Both the position numbers and the translations under genes were made by a program. This document shows positions 28,072-40,643 of a stretch of 64,000 nucleotides of DNA, piece by piece. The stretch spans positions 14,991,450 through 15,055,449 of the forward strand of contig OZ199838.1 of NCBI GenBank assembly GCA_964304625.1, written 5' to 3'. Within the stretch, counting starts at the first letter, position 1. Every line of letters starts with the position of its first letter. The stretch comes from Kudoa neothunni (taxonomy: Eukaryota; Animalia; Cnidaria). A model generated the notes under the pieces. The model saw nothing but the letters and a program-made list of their open reading frames with translations, did no database searches and was not told where the DNA came from.

Positions 28072-29493
28072 CTACGAGTTAGGATCTCTAATTTCTACAT
28101 TGAGTTTCATAGGTGAATCACCAACAAGTTGTTGGATTTGTTCGTGCAGGTAGTTTTCAGCTTTGTACATCAGATTTAGCAGGATTCTCCGGCTGTATCT
28201 GCTGTTTGCTGATATTGTTACGGTGATTTCTTTGTGATCCTCGTTAGTAAGTATTTGCGTGTGCTAAATCAATTAAATCAAACGTCGAAATTTCTCATTA
28301 ATAATTCAGTTAGTTGTTACAGAATGTGTTTTGTAAGGAAGTGAATGAGGTAAATGATCGAAGAGAAATTGACGAGTAATTTCTTGAATTTGATCTTCGA
28401 GTGTGAGTGTGGTACAAATATCTTCGTTGTAAATCCAACTCTTTGGGTAGGCCAACACACACAGCATATCCAGCAATTTATCAATACCATGACGAGTTTT
28501 TGAGGACACAATAGTACTTGCGTGAAACAACTGTTTGGCTAGATAGCAATTGATCAAATTATATAATGTTAGGTGATTAAAATCTGGGTTAACCGCAATG
28601 TTATAAAAGATAGGTTACTGCTCATAATAATTAAAGAAATAGTTGAATGTAAGCTGAAACAAATTTATTCAAAATGTGTCATTATCTGTGAGACTAATAT
28701 TCACGATGATAACAACATTCATTTGGAGATTACATGCAAGTTTTAATGATTACAAAATTCTGCGCTGTGTTATTTTTAACCCATATAAATGGGGAAAAAA
28801 CCGCAAAAATTAGTAATAGTCGAATTTGTGCGCGAGTTATTTAATCCATTCAAATTGACAGGTGCAGAATTTCAAAAATTACGCGCGAACATATTCGGGG
28901 GAAAATATCGATACACGTCGGCCCAAAGATCATCTTGTGATTCTCCCCCAATAAATTCCGCTTTATTCAAAACTAATATTCGTGTAGCATTCGTTTTCAT
29001 GTAGACGGTGAACATGTTTTGTGAATTCTTTGCACTATTTACAAGATCCTGTGAGTCTATCACGTGCAAAAGAACATCGTTAATATTTTGTTTGACCAAT
29101 TTCACAAACGAAATACTCTAAAAAATTAAAATTATTCCAAATGTTCATCAACTAATCTAATAAGAAATAAAATGAAACAACATTTTCAAAGTCGATGTTG
29201 TGGCGATGACAATTACTAGCTGGTGTATGCCCCGGTGTGTCAGTGAAAACCAACTGAACATTATCGATATTTCTAATTCCGACCATGTTACGATTGGTTG
29301 TTGATATTTTGGACGACACACAAGCAATTTTGCGACCTACCAACGCGTTGAAAAGTTGTGACTTGCCAGCATTAACCATCCCAACAATTGCCACTTTTAG
29401 CAACTTTTCATTTATACTACTTTCGCTCATACGCCGATTCCAAAAAATAAAACCATATTTAGTTGCAAGCGACCCAGATTTGTTAAACGACAT
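28072..29493 (-). CDS. ERAL1: GTPase Era, mitochondrial (ERAL1), multi-exon
   Basis: G1 VAIVGMVNAGKSQLFN, G2 VSSKISTTNR, G3 QLVFTDTPG, G4 LVLNKAE, then EITRQFLFDHLPHSLPY leading into the KH domain; basic N-terminal extension. Confidence 0.9.
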
Positions 29494-29633
29494 GCGCACA
29501 CATATTGGGCCCTCCTTTGTGTCATTAACTCTGTATTTAGTTTTAATATATATTTTATGAGTGATTAAGAATAAATTTTTAACTTGGTCTATATTACTTA
29601 GTCATTATCGGCCTTAAAGCTGATAAACTAGGA

Positions 29634-30115
29634 GAGGGGTCGGGAACCTATGACTCACGGGCCAGATGTGGCGCTTCGGATAGCTGCATCTAGCTCGCAG
29701 ACAAATTTGCAGTTTAAAAAACTGTTTCGCTAAATACTCTGTGCATATGCGAAATGATAATGTTTGTCTCTACGTACGTATGTATGTGAGCAGCCCCTCT
29801 ACATTTAAAAAACATTTAGACCAAACTACTGTCACGGTTAACGGATGGAAGTTTCAATGCTGAAATGAAGCCTAATTTTACCATGTATTGATCAGACTAC
29901 AAATACATCTGCAAAACCATGCAGAACCCGAAATCGCATTGATGATGCAAAATATTCTTCATTGATTGGCAATAGTGTAAAAATGCTATTAAAAAGAATT
30001 GAGTGACTTGTTTTACATTAAAGTGTTGGAATTATATAAACTCGCACAGGTACATCTATTTTTAGTTTTAAATATGTTGTATGGCTTTCTCACCAAAAAA
30101 GGTTCCCGACCCATG
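29634..30115 (+). mobile_element. hAT MITE (482 bp), Buster/Charlie-type
   Basis: TIR (G)AGGGGTCGGGAACCT / AGGTTCCCGACCCATG; perfect 8-bp TSD AACTAGGA; retains a transposase-like 3' end (..DYKYICKTMQNPKSH*). Confidence 0.9.
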
Positions 30116-30535
30116 AACTAGGAAAAACTATTTCATAGTAAATTCTAGTTTTGTATTATTTGCGACTGTCAGAAAAATTGTTACATAGTAGATACTTAAA
30201 AGGGTAATTATGGAGCGTGTAGCTCCCCCTTTTTTTAGCGTTTTTTCACGACTTTTTTCGTCAGAAGTGGTTCTAAAAACTCCTATATGGTCTTCTAATC
30301 GTGTATATGACGACGAAATCAATAACATAATCCTCATGTTATACATTGGTTTCTATATTTCACTATGAAAGAATATGAATGTGATTACAATTTATGCATT
30401 TAAATGTTTATTTTATTTTATTTTAGAATTTTATTATAATGAATAAAAATTTACAATAAATCATTATAAACGGTTGTTGTTCAGGCATGTAGAATATTGA
30501 AATTTTCACTTAATTAAACAAAATAACTATTATTA

Positions 30536-32093
30536 CAGTATTTCAAGACCTAAATGCAACTGCGTCGGATCAAAATGCAACTTTTTAAATAAACAACTTA
30601 TTTTTTTTAGATTTAATTTGTATAAAATTAAGATATTTTTTAACAATATTCTACATGGTTAGTTATGATAGAGTGAATAATATTTCGAATTTTATGTGAT
30701 TAACGAATTGCATCAAATAATTTTTTGTACTCATAGAGTTTATTCATATTTATTTAAATACATAAAGGAATTAAATTTTTATTCATTTTTGTCATCGATT
30801 TAATCAAGGTGTCATTCTCAATACTTACGCTTCTCAAAAATATACTGTTTCAATGTAAGATTTTACTGCTTCTTTAATTACCACTTTTAAATTTGTAATC
30901 TTCTTGACATGCATAAACAAAAATGAAATATTAATTGGCACCAAATTAAACTTCATGTTTTTAGCACAACGTAAAATTAATCTAATTGTTAATTTCTTCC
31001 GAATTAATACATGCTGCGAAATAGGGTTCCGCATGATTCGCATAATTCTGTAGTTGGTCACAAGAAACTCCATCTGAGCTAGTCATAATTGCGTTGATCA
31101 ATTCCTCCTGATTAGATGGTCCCTTGTTTCTTACAATGGACTTAATTTGATGGAAGAACTCCTCAATAGGATTGAGGAACGGAGAGTATGGCGGAAGAAA
31201 TAATAACGTATGGTTTGTGGAATCTCACATTGTCCATTATTAATAGGGCGTTATCAACTCCATTGCAGCTTAAGTCGGAAAATAGTTTGTCTATGAAAAT
31301 AGAAAAAATTTGTTGGTTGACAGTTCCATTTTCTACGTGGAATGTCCACATCCGTTCCGAGCTTATTGCCGCGATTAATGTAATATTTTTAGAGCGAATG
31401 CTTTTCACTTTCAGATTCGCTCTTGACCCTGAAAGTGCTCGTCCAAATGTTCTTCTCATTGACAATGAAAAGCCCGATTCATCTATATAGATGACCGTAG
31501 AATGACAAGGCTTCAGTTCCAGATATTGTATCACGTATTTATTCATTTTTAGCAATTTTTTAAAATGATAATAAACCTTTTTCTCGTTTCAATACAATCC
31601 TGAGAATTTCTTCCTAGGGGTACAATGGAAATTTTTTTTAAGGTATAATGGAAATCTCTCAAACAATTCGCAATTGTTTGACGAGAAACATTAATACCAA
31701 AAAATTCTAGAACTTTTTCAGTAATAGAATTTAATGTAATGGTGCAATCCTCCTCTACAAGTTCGCGGATGTATAATTTATGGGTTTCAGTCAATTTTGA
31801 CCGTCTGTCACCCCCTTTCCTTTTTGGTGAACTTAATTCAGTAGTCATCGATTTTGTCTTCAAAATGCGCCCAATGATTGATTTATGTACACCCATTTTC
31901 TCGGCAATGTATTTGTTAGAGTATCCATCCTAGAAATAATTTGAGATTATACGAAAGAGGTTATGAACTTCAGCTAGTGAAACTGCCATTTGTTTCATAT
32001 CATCGCTTAAGATAACATATTTCCTTTTTTGGACATTACTACATGGGGTTGCATTTTGATCCGACGCAGTTGCATTTAGGTCTTGAAATACTG
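30536..32093 (-). mobile_element. IS630/Tc1-mariner superfamily element, copy 1
   Basis: TA TSD; perfect ~46-bp TIR CAGTATTTCAAGACCTAAATGCAACTGCGTCGGATCAAAATGCAAC; HTH plus YIDESGF, IMDNVRFHK and LPPYSPFLNPIEE (DDE_3). Confidence 0.95.
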
Positions 32094-32348
32094 TATAATA
32101 AATCTTTCCATTTAAAACGCTCTGTCGTTTAAGGCAATTACTGAATTTTATTTGGTAAATTGCTTCCTAATCTTGACTCTAAGAAATGATTATTAAGTGG
32201 AAAATAACTCATGAAAAATAAACATAATTACACGATATTTTTGTTTAATTTTTTTATTGTTTGATCAGTTGTTAACATCGGATTATTTTTCATTATCTAA
32301 ATACAGTACACTAATATTTAGATTAATATTTTATTTATATATCTTTTT

Positions 32349-33370
32349 GGCTAAATTACAGTATATGGGAAAAATCGGAAATATTTTAATGTGAAAATAT
32401 AATCATAATATATTTAAAGAGGGTGCTTAATTCTTTTTTAAAATATTTCCTGCTAAACAAGAAGTCAGATATGTAACCATCTAGATTTTCTGGATTCTTA
32501 TTAGTGGCGTTCCTGTATTTTCGTTTGAATGCTCCCCAAGTAGATTCTATACGGTTTGTATGAATCCCTTCAGGAGAAACAAATCGTCGTTTATGGATGA
32601 CAACCCCATGAATAAATCCTAAATCTTTCAAAATGTTGTATCCGCGCCAACCGTCTGTCCAAATGGTCGAGCCCGCCTCCACATTTTCCGTTATAATATT
32701 TTCGAGAACTTCTCTGTTCCGAATCTTGGTAACTTTCAGGAAGCAGTCCCCGTCCTCGTCGATCCCACCTACCATCCAATACTGTTGATTTTTTAAAATC
32801 CGCCCAACATCATATTTTCTTTTTGAGATGGCTGTTTCATCGATTTGGACGATTTTTTCCTCGCCTCCAATTTTAATGGGCTCATCATCTAATTTTAGAA
32901 TCATTATGTCTCTAACAACAGATTTCAGCTCCAATATCGTTGAATTTGAGGATATATTTAAATGTTGACGTAGAGTTTCATACGTCATATTTGGATGTTG
33001 GATGATAGAAACCACTCCAATAAAAATTGTCCACAAAGGCAGCTTCGATAGTTCAAATATTGTCCATTTTCAGGTAGAACATCTTTTATTACACACGCTA
33101 CACCTGAATTGGTATCCATCGTTGACATCCTTCCTTGCCAATATGTACATACTCTCTCCGCACACACATTTACGAAAAGTACGCAAAAGACCCACGTTTT
33201 TCAAAACATTGATAGTGTATTCGAGGTCATCTCGAAAATAGCCATAATCAAGCATTGTGATGCTGTCAATATCCTCAAATGTGAATATTTTCTTATAAGA
33301 TGACATTCCGCCTAACTTCCCGAATGCGTACAAAGAATGACGAAGATTTTCCGTGTACTGTAATTTAGTC
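32349..33370 (-). mobile_element. Compact Merlin (IS1595/ISXO2-like DDE) element, transposase 33306..32386 with one frameshift
   Basis: TIR GGCTAAATTACAGTA / TACTGTAATTTAGTC; 8-bp TSD ATCTTTTT/ACCTTTTT; zinc ribbon CVCG..CSVC, QIDETAISKRKY, TDGWRGY, HTNRIESTW. Confidence 0.9.
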
Positions 33371-33665
33371 ACCTTTTTTATTTCATTTTTTAATTAAATT
33401 TCATATTTTGACTATTAAAATATTACAATTCAAGGTAGGATCTAATTATTGATATTTATTATTCGGATCAAACCATTTCAATTGTTATAGCCTCAAAATA
33501 ATTTTAATAACTTCAAAAAGTTTCCCATGAATATTCACTAGAACATAATATTCGTCTCCTCCTAAGATTGTCATGTTCATTATTTCGACTGCAAGTACAC
33601 TTATCAGATGATAGTTTTTGTGTCAGTTATAAAACAAGCGGTTGGTTTATTTTGTAGGAAATGTT

Positions 33666-34255
33666 GTTTAAATTACAGTGATTTGTTCGATTCGGCAACA
33701 TTCGTAACTGTTCGTTATATTTGTGGCGCGATGAGTCCTAACAAGAGAATATATACTTTCGAGAATATTGACGATATCACTAATTTAGATTACGGTTATT
33801 TCCATGATGATTTAGATTATACAATCAAGACATTACATCTTGGACTGATACCAAGTTATTCTAAATGTTTGTGTGGCTGTCAAAATTTTTTTGCTAAAAG
33901 AAAAGATACTGATGATGGATATCAGTATAAATGCACTTTATGCAGAAAAAAGATATCGATTCTAAAGGGAACAATTTTTGAAATATCTAAACTTCCGTTG
34001 TGGAAAATCTTCATATTTATCGTTTCGATAATTCAACACTCATCCATGACTTATGAAGAAATTCGAAAACATGTTGGAATACCTTCCAATTCCACCATAT
34101 GTGAGTGGAAAAATGTAATTTATGATTTTATGGCCTCGAAATTGGATGAGGAATTTCCAAAAATTGAAGGACGTGGAGTTATTGTTTAAATTGACGAGAC
34201 TGTCATATCTAAAAGAAAATACAACGTGGGAAGGATTCTTCGTAATTGTTAAGTA
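33666..34255 (+). mobile_element. 5' half of a paralogous Merlin element, truncated by later insertions
   Basis: TIR-like TAAATTACAGT at ~33669; protein MSPNKRIYTFENIDDITNLDYGYF...IDETVISKRKYNVGRIL is clearly homologous to the 32349 element; in-frame stop before IDET. Confidence 0.85.
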
Positions 34256-36050
34256 CAGTAGGTAACCGGTTTTTCCGTAGTAACCGATTTTCGGTAACTT
34301 CGGAATTTCTTCATTTAAAATATTATTTAAATATTTTCAACCATATATTTGATTTTATTTGTATTTATTAAGAATAATCTGTAAAAATAAAAAAAATTGA
34401 ACATTGGAAAACCGTTGTTTGCCTATTTTTTGCACTTAACCGATTTTCCGTAACTTTTCAACTATAAGCGAATTTCCCGTCGCGTGTTTTTTACTTCTAT
34501 AGTGCCTGGTAAACTTAAAAATAGAAAAACTATCAAAGAAAAATATGAAATTATTAAGTTCTTCGAAAGTTTACCTAACAGAGGTGCCAAAACTACTACT
34601 ATTAGTAAATTTAAGCTTCCCTCCATTTCTAATTTCTACTCTTGATAGCATCTTGAGCGAGAAGGAAGATATAGTTCTATCGTATGAAACGGGTTTAGTC
34701 TCTTCTAAGAGAAAAATCTTAAGCAGGGTTCAAACAACGATATCATACATAGAAGGAACCAATTGGCACAAGAATTTAACATAAACGTTGCGGTGACCCA
34801 TGGTTGGTTTCGTGGTTTTAAATCACGATTTAATTTAAGAAATATTACTTTCCATGGTGATGCTGCTTATGTTGAATCAAGTGTTATAGAAAATTGGCAC
34901 TCTAAATTGAATAACTTAGTCGAAGGTTATGACGCTGACTCAATCTACAATCTAGACGAAACTGCGCTGTTTTACCAGCAACAGAGAGGTATATCACTTT
35001 AAATGCCTATGTATTAATATTTTTAAGGAAAAAGCTATGTTTCGTCACTAGAGACAAATTCCAACCGAGAAAAAAAGTCTAAAAAAAGAATCACCGTTTT
35101 GCTTTGTGCTTCTATGTCTGGAGATCGCATTGAACCTCTTGTTATAGGACACTACAAAAACCCCCGTTGTTTTAAGAATGTTAAAACATTTCCAGTAAAA
35201 TATGAGCCAAATAAGAGGGCTTGGATGACGGGAGAGATATTTAAGAAATATCTTGTTAATTTGAATAATTCGTTTAAAACGAAGAACAAAAAAGTTTTGC
35301 TTTTTCTCGATAATGCAACTTGCCACCCGGAAATTCAACTAGCGTTTTGCAACCTTTAGACCAGGGCATAATTTTTTCATTTAAATCAAACTACAAAAAT
35401 AATTTGATAGAAAGCCATATTGTTGCAGCTCACAGAGGTATAAATCCATCCCCGCCAGATTTACTTCAATCTATGTTCTTAATTGAAAAATCGTGGAATA
35501 ATGTTTCAAAGGATACCATATTTAACTGCTTCAAAAAATCTGGGTTTCCTGTGGCTGATGAGTGCGAGCATTCATCAAGTATCAATATGAGCAGTAGTGA
35601 GTTCTCAGCTGAAATTTCTGAAATGATCCAAGAGGAAACCATCATGCCTACATCAAAAAACTTTGACGAACCTTCTCCTTCGATTGTTGAATCTTCTAAT
35701 TCAAATGGTAGTGATGTTGAAACTGAAGATGAGGATGCGGTGGAATATATATCATCAAAAGATATATTTAAATGTTTAAACGTGCTAAAAAAACACACAA
35801 AAGAGAGAGGAACTAATTAATTTAGATCACAAAATTACAAAATACATGTATAAAAATAAAACTCCAAATAAAATAACATATTTCTTCAATAAAAATACAT
35901 GAGTATGTACGGTATGATATAAATTTTCTTAAAATACTTATAATTTTTATTCCCTGCGCACGCACAAAATTACGGAAAATACGTCACTGACGTGTTTTCA
36001 GTAACTTTTCATCGGTCCCAAGGGGATTACGGAAAATCGGTTACCTACTG
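34256..36050 (+). mobile_element. pogo/Tigger element (TIGD4/6-like transposase, frameshifted)
   Basis: TA TSD; TIR CAGTAGGTAACCG / CGGTTACCTACTG; GWFRGFKSR, YNLDETALFY, LFLDNATCHP, NSTSVLQPLDQG. Confidence 0.95.
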
Positions 36051-36055
36051 TATTT

Positions 36056-38905
36056 GGATAATGGGGGAGTGTGCAGCTCCCATTTTTCACCCTCTTGCGC
36101 ATGTCTGACAATTCCGATTTTATTTTAAATCAATTATTCACTATTTTAAACTTTTGGCCGAACAACAATTCGCTTCATAATTCACTTATAAAAATTTTGC
36201 TAAAATTCACGTTCGGCTTCAATCGGTGCGTGTGCATGTGAATGCGCAAGGTAGTTTTGTTCTATTTTCCATATGACTTTAACATATTACTCATGATTAA
36301 GCGTGTTTTTGCCTTGCTTAACTTTAATATGAATAGTCAGAACGTCGCGGAAAGTAAAAATAGCTGTTTATAGTTGCACGAAATAACTAAAGTGTATTAA
36401 TTTCGTCTGCCAAATTGTTCTAGCTCTCTGCTTGTGCAGAGTCGTTTATCATGAAATTTTTCAGTTTATATATTATTTTTAATATTCCAAACCAATTTTA
36501 AAATAAGCTAATCCACAAATATATCACATGTATTATTAATATTCTTTTGAAAGTATACTAACTAAGAATTGATTCGCATAAACTTTTAATATTATATATG
36601 AAATCCATAAATTTGCAGTTTTATACGTTTTTATAAATTTTTGATAAAGTCGTTGTGAATTTATAAAATGATTCCGCTAGAACTCTTTATGAGTTTTTAT
36701 TCGATATAGTTTTTCACCAAGACATTTTTCGTAAATAAGTCACATAAGGTAAAAAAGCGTGTTTTTATTTTTATCATTTTAATTCTATATAAAAATAAAA
36801 TTTTGTGATTTCATTTATAGTTTTTAGTTTCCTACATTACAAACATAACTCATGATAAATTAAAAATTGTACTTCATGTATTATTACGTTCTTGTGAGGT
36901 TAAAAAGCCAACACTACAATAATCAATGATTCTGTTTAAAAATAACTCAAGAATATAGAGGAGATTATAAAACTCAATTTAAATATTATATTTATTTTCA
37001 ATTTGGCATTGCGCATAGAATAAGAAGCAAATTTAAAAGAACCAACAAACGGAATTATTATTCAATTAATTCTAAGAGATAGGGTAGAGTGTATTTATCG
37101 AATTTAAAATAAAATCGAAAAATTCCCATTTATTTCTAAACTTCGATCGCATCCATTCTTCGTGAAGATATGAATCAAGGTACGCTCTGGGAACACCACT
37201 GTATATTTGTGGTAACCTTCTCTTGTGACATATTCCTTGGAATGGTTAATATTTTATGGGTAAATATCGTGGAACCAGGCTCAACTTCTTGATGTATTAA
37301 TTGTCACCCATGGAGCACGAAGTTTGCATTTTAAGAATACGCACAGACCAAACACTCAAAATATCGATAGATCCTAATCTCCAGTCGTAACGTAGTTATA
37401 TAGTAGATAATGTACTTTAGAACATTCTACAATGTTCTAATAGTTTCGATAAGTCGACGTAATTGGGTCATTAAATATAATGATCATCCAAACGTGACAT
37501 TAATGATATCAATGCACTCTCATGCCTTCTTTGAACGATAAAAAATCTGGATTCTAATAGATTTATTTTGCTTTCATTGTCGACGGAGCATTCGCATATC
37601 CCGACCACCCAAGGCCCTTCGATACGATTACCATAACGCTCAAGAGTGTAGGAATTTTCACAGCTTTCGATTTCGTCATTTTTCGATTCAGATAGAATAT
37701 AGGTTTCATTAGGGGCGTTTCTCAACCAACCTTATGCCAAATATCGTCTCCGATTATTTTTTCGCTTCCCGCTTAGGAGACATTTGTCAATATCGATAAC
37801 TTTTTTAGGGCCACCAAATTTTGAACGCAAATAAAACGATTCAGTTGAAATCATCCCAAATTTGAAAAACCAAAATGTAACCGTTTTTTCAGATAATTGT
37901 GCCAAGCTAACTGTTCTGCATCGCTGTTCTTCGAAACTCCATACATATATTATCTCAAATATTTCCTGAATTGCTAAATTTTAACAATTATTCCCAAATG
38001 CGTTAGTCATTGAAAAGAACGTTGATGTCTGAGAGAACAATGAGTTCTGCATTTTGTACTGTAGGAAAATAAAATATGTTTTACTAACAACATTACTTGG
38101 AACATATATATGAAAATCTTTCAGCTAAGTTATTGTATCGTTCACTCAAAGCATTATTACTTAATTTTCGTTTAATAACTTTCAGTTTAAAACTATTGCA
38201 TCTTCCGCAATTCCTGCATCTTGTAGGAATTCGGATAAGGTTTTTGTCAATTAACAAATTTGTTAGTTTCTCGTTGCTGAGTAAAATGTTGTAAAATCGG
38301 CGCCGGCTACTGATAAACATCATAACGAAGATTTGGTAAATGTCGTGTTAACTACAATGAAAACTACCCTGAAAATGTAAAAATGTGTTATTTATGTTTG
38401 GTACAAATAAAAAATACATTAATTATTAGGGGTTCATAAAATAAATTATACATACATTCGAATGAATTTTAGGTAAAAACAAAAATTTAAGAGAGAAATC
38501 TATAAAAAGTTTCTTCTTAGCGTGTTCCCAAAAAATTGGCATAATCGATGTGATGCGATTAACGCGGAAATGTTTTCCACTAAGGTCGACAGAAAGATTA
38601 AAATTTGTTGAAATAATGGTGGTAAAACATATTGGAAATTTAAAGCAAGGCAAAAACACGCTTAATCATGAGTAATATGTTAAAGTCATATGGAAAATAG
38701 AACAAAACTACCTTGCGCATTCACATGCACACGCACCGATTGAAGCCGAACGTGAATTTTAGCAAAATTTTTATAAGTGAATTATGAAGCGAATTGTTGT
38801 TCGGCCAAAAGTTTAAAATAGTGAATAATTGATTTAAAATAAAATCGGAATTGTCAGACATGCGCAAGAGGGTGAAAAATGGGAGCTGCACACTCCCCCA
38901 TTACC
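36056..38905 (-). mobile_element. Long-TIR Merlin element with decayed transposase
   Basis: Identical ~262-bp TIRs (36056-36319 / 38643-38905) starting GG(A)TAATGGGGG; remnants CRNCG zinc ribbon, KRKNNRRR, YGNRIEGPWVVG, VEPGSTI. Confidence 0.85.
37302..37499. mobile_element. Solo LTR (198 bp) inside the Merlin transposase
   Basis: TGTCAC...GTGACA termini, 5-bp TSD TTAAT; removal restores ...LISLIHQEVEPGSTI. Confidence 0.8.
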
Positions 38906-39763
38906 AAATTGAATAATGCAGCTGTCGAAAACGTAAAAATTCAAATTTAATATAAATAAGCTTCCCAATCACCATTTTCTTATGGCCCTCATAAATCTTA
39001 AATTGGCAGTCTATTTTGCTTGCCGGACGCGCTTTTTCTCTTAAAATAATGATTCATTCACTACAGTTTTTTCAAAAAAATATCTTATATTAATGCAGAA
39101 TATAAATTTAATTTCATTAATTCAGTGACGAATTTTAACACAGCTAATTCGTATCCATAATATCCAAGAGAAAATACATTAAAGTAAAACTATTTGGCTA
39201 ATTCGTATTTTAAATTCTCATAATTAGGTAAATATTTTTAACAGATGATTGACACACCACTAAAATTTAAGAAAATGTCGAGTATACTACTTTTAAAATA
39301 ATAAATGTTTGAAATTATCTTGTAATGCAACGCCAAATAATTGGGACTGTTTAACTTCCACATGAAATTATATTCGAATACTATATATCGATATTGGCGT
39401 TGTTATTATTATTACTGTCGTCAATATTATCATTATCATAATTTCTTTTTTCTCAAACCTATAATTGCTTGTAATACACCTTTTGGCCCTACCTCTCAAC
39501 TTCACTACTATTGGCAGCTTAATTCTTATAATTTTATGAATTTGGCAAAATGGACAAAAGATACACACCCTTCAAAGATGGATTTTTAGTTGTGGTATCG
39601 TCTACAATATTCAGGATCTCCATATCAGTTATTGATGATGGGGACTGTTAATCCCGCGCATACGATTACATCCGTGTTCATTTGGTTCGTTACGTACTTT
39701 GTTTTATTTGCGCAACAAAATAAATTCTACACCAACAGGGACATCATCAGTAACTGCTTCCAG

Positions 39764-40441
39764 GGTTAGAGTTCAGTTCCTCCCCCTTCGGCGTCCGCCG
39801 GTTACCCACCATCGGTACTATCGGGCCACGTTTCATAACATAAACCCAATAAAATCTAGTTTACTTTAGTTAGACGTAATTAAATAAAATATATCGATTA
39901 AAAAAATATAATATGTATTATTTAAAATGTTAAAAAAAATGTATAAACTAAAACAATATGTCAACTCATGATATTTGAATCTTAATATAATTTTAATAGT
40001 TTTTAAATGGATAAAAATCACATATCATGCCATTTCTTTTTTAATTGTATCCTAATGAGACTATGTTAATGTAAAATAATCTCTTTTAACTTAATTTTCG
40101 GAAGATTTTGTTATTTTATACAAAAACATTAATTATTTGATAAATATATATATAATCATTCTAAAAAATAATAGGTTAACACTTATCACTAATTAAAAAT
40201 AAACTTAACAATGCCGTAATTTACTAAAGATATTTATTTATCGACGACTGGAAAAAAATAATTAAATCTTCAGGATGATCCTTGAAGTAACATAAGTCTT
40301 CAAAATTTAGGTTATCTAAATTTTCGTAATTGAAGATTGCAGGAAGCATACTCCGGAAAATGTAAACAGCCAGAACCCCGATTAGTACCGATGGCGGGTA
40401 ACCGGCGGACGCCGAAGGGGGGGAGGAACTGAACTTTAACC
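39764..40441 (-). mobile_element. Merlin MITE (678 bp), deletion derivative of the 58885 family
   Basis: ~55-bp GC-rich TIRs GGTTA(G/A)AGTTCAGTTCC..; perfect 9-bp TSD TGCTTCCAG; interior matches the 5' and 3' parts of 58885..60463 in the opposite orientation. Confidence 0.9.
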
Positions 40442-40643
40442 TGCTTCCAGTATATTCTCATTCTCTATTCGTGATTCCTCAGTAACTAAAAACAAAATAA
40501 AAAATTTGCAAAAGACATTATCAATACATGTTGGGATTAAAGTTTCTTGATTGTTTTCAATGACAAAGTCAGACATTAACTTGAACTAAATTGTGTTGGT
40601 ATATGAATAGTGGAAAAAATAATCACCTTATCCAGAGAGTCCC

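Noticed and set aside
30203-30240. GGTAATTATGGAGCGTGTAGCTCCCC, similar to the long-TIR Merlin terminus
   Set aside because: No partner TIR or TSD found; an orphan relic at most.
39321-39670. TGTAAT...ATTACA pair as another solo LTR
   Set aside because: No matching TSD.
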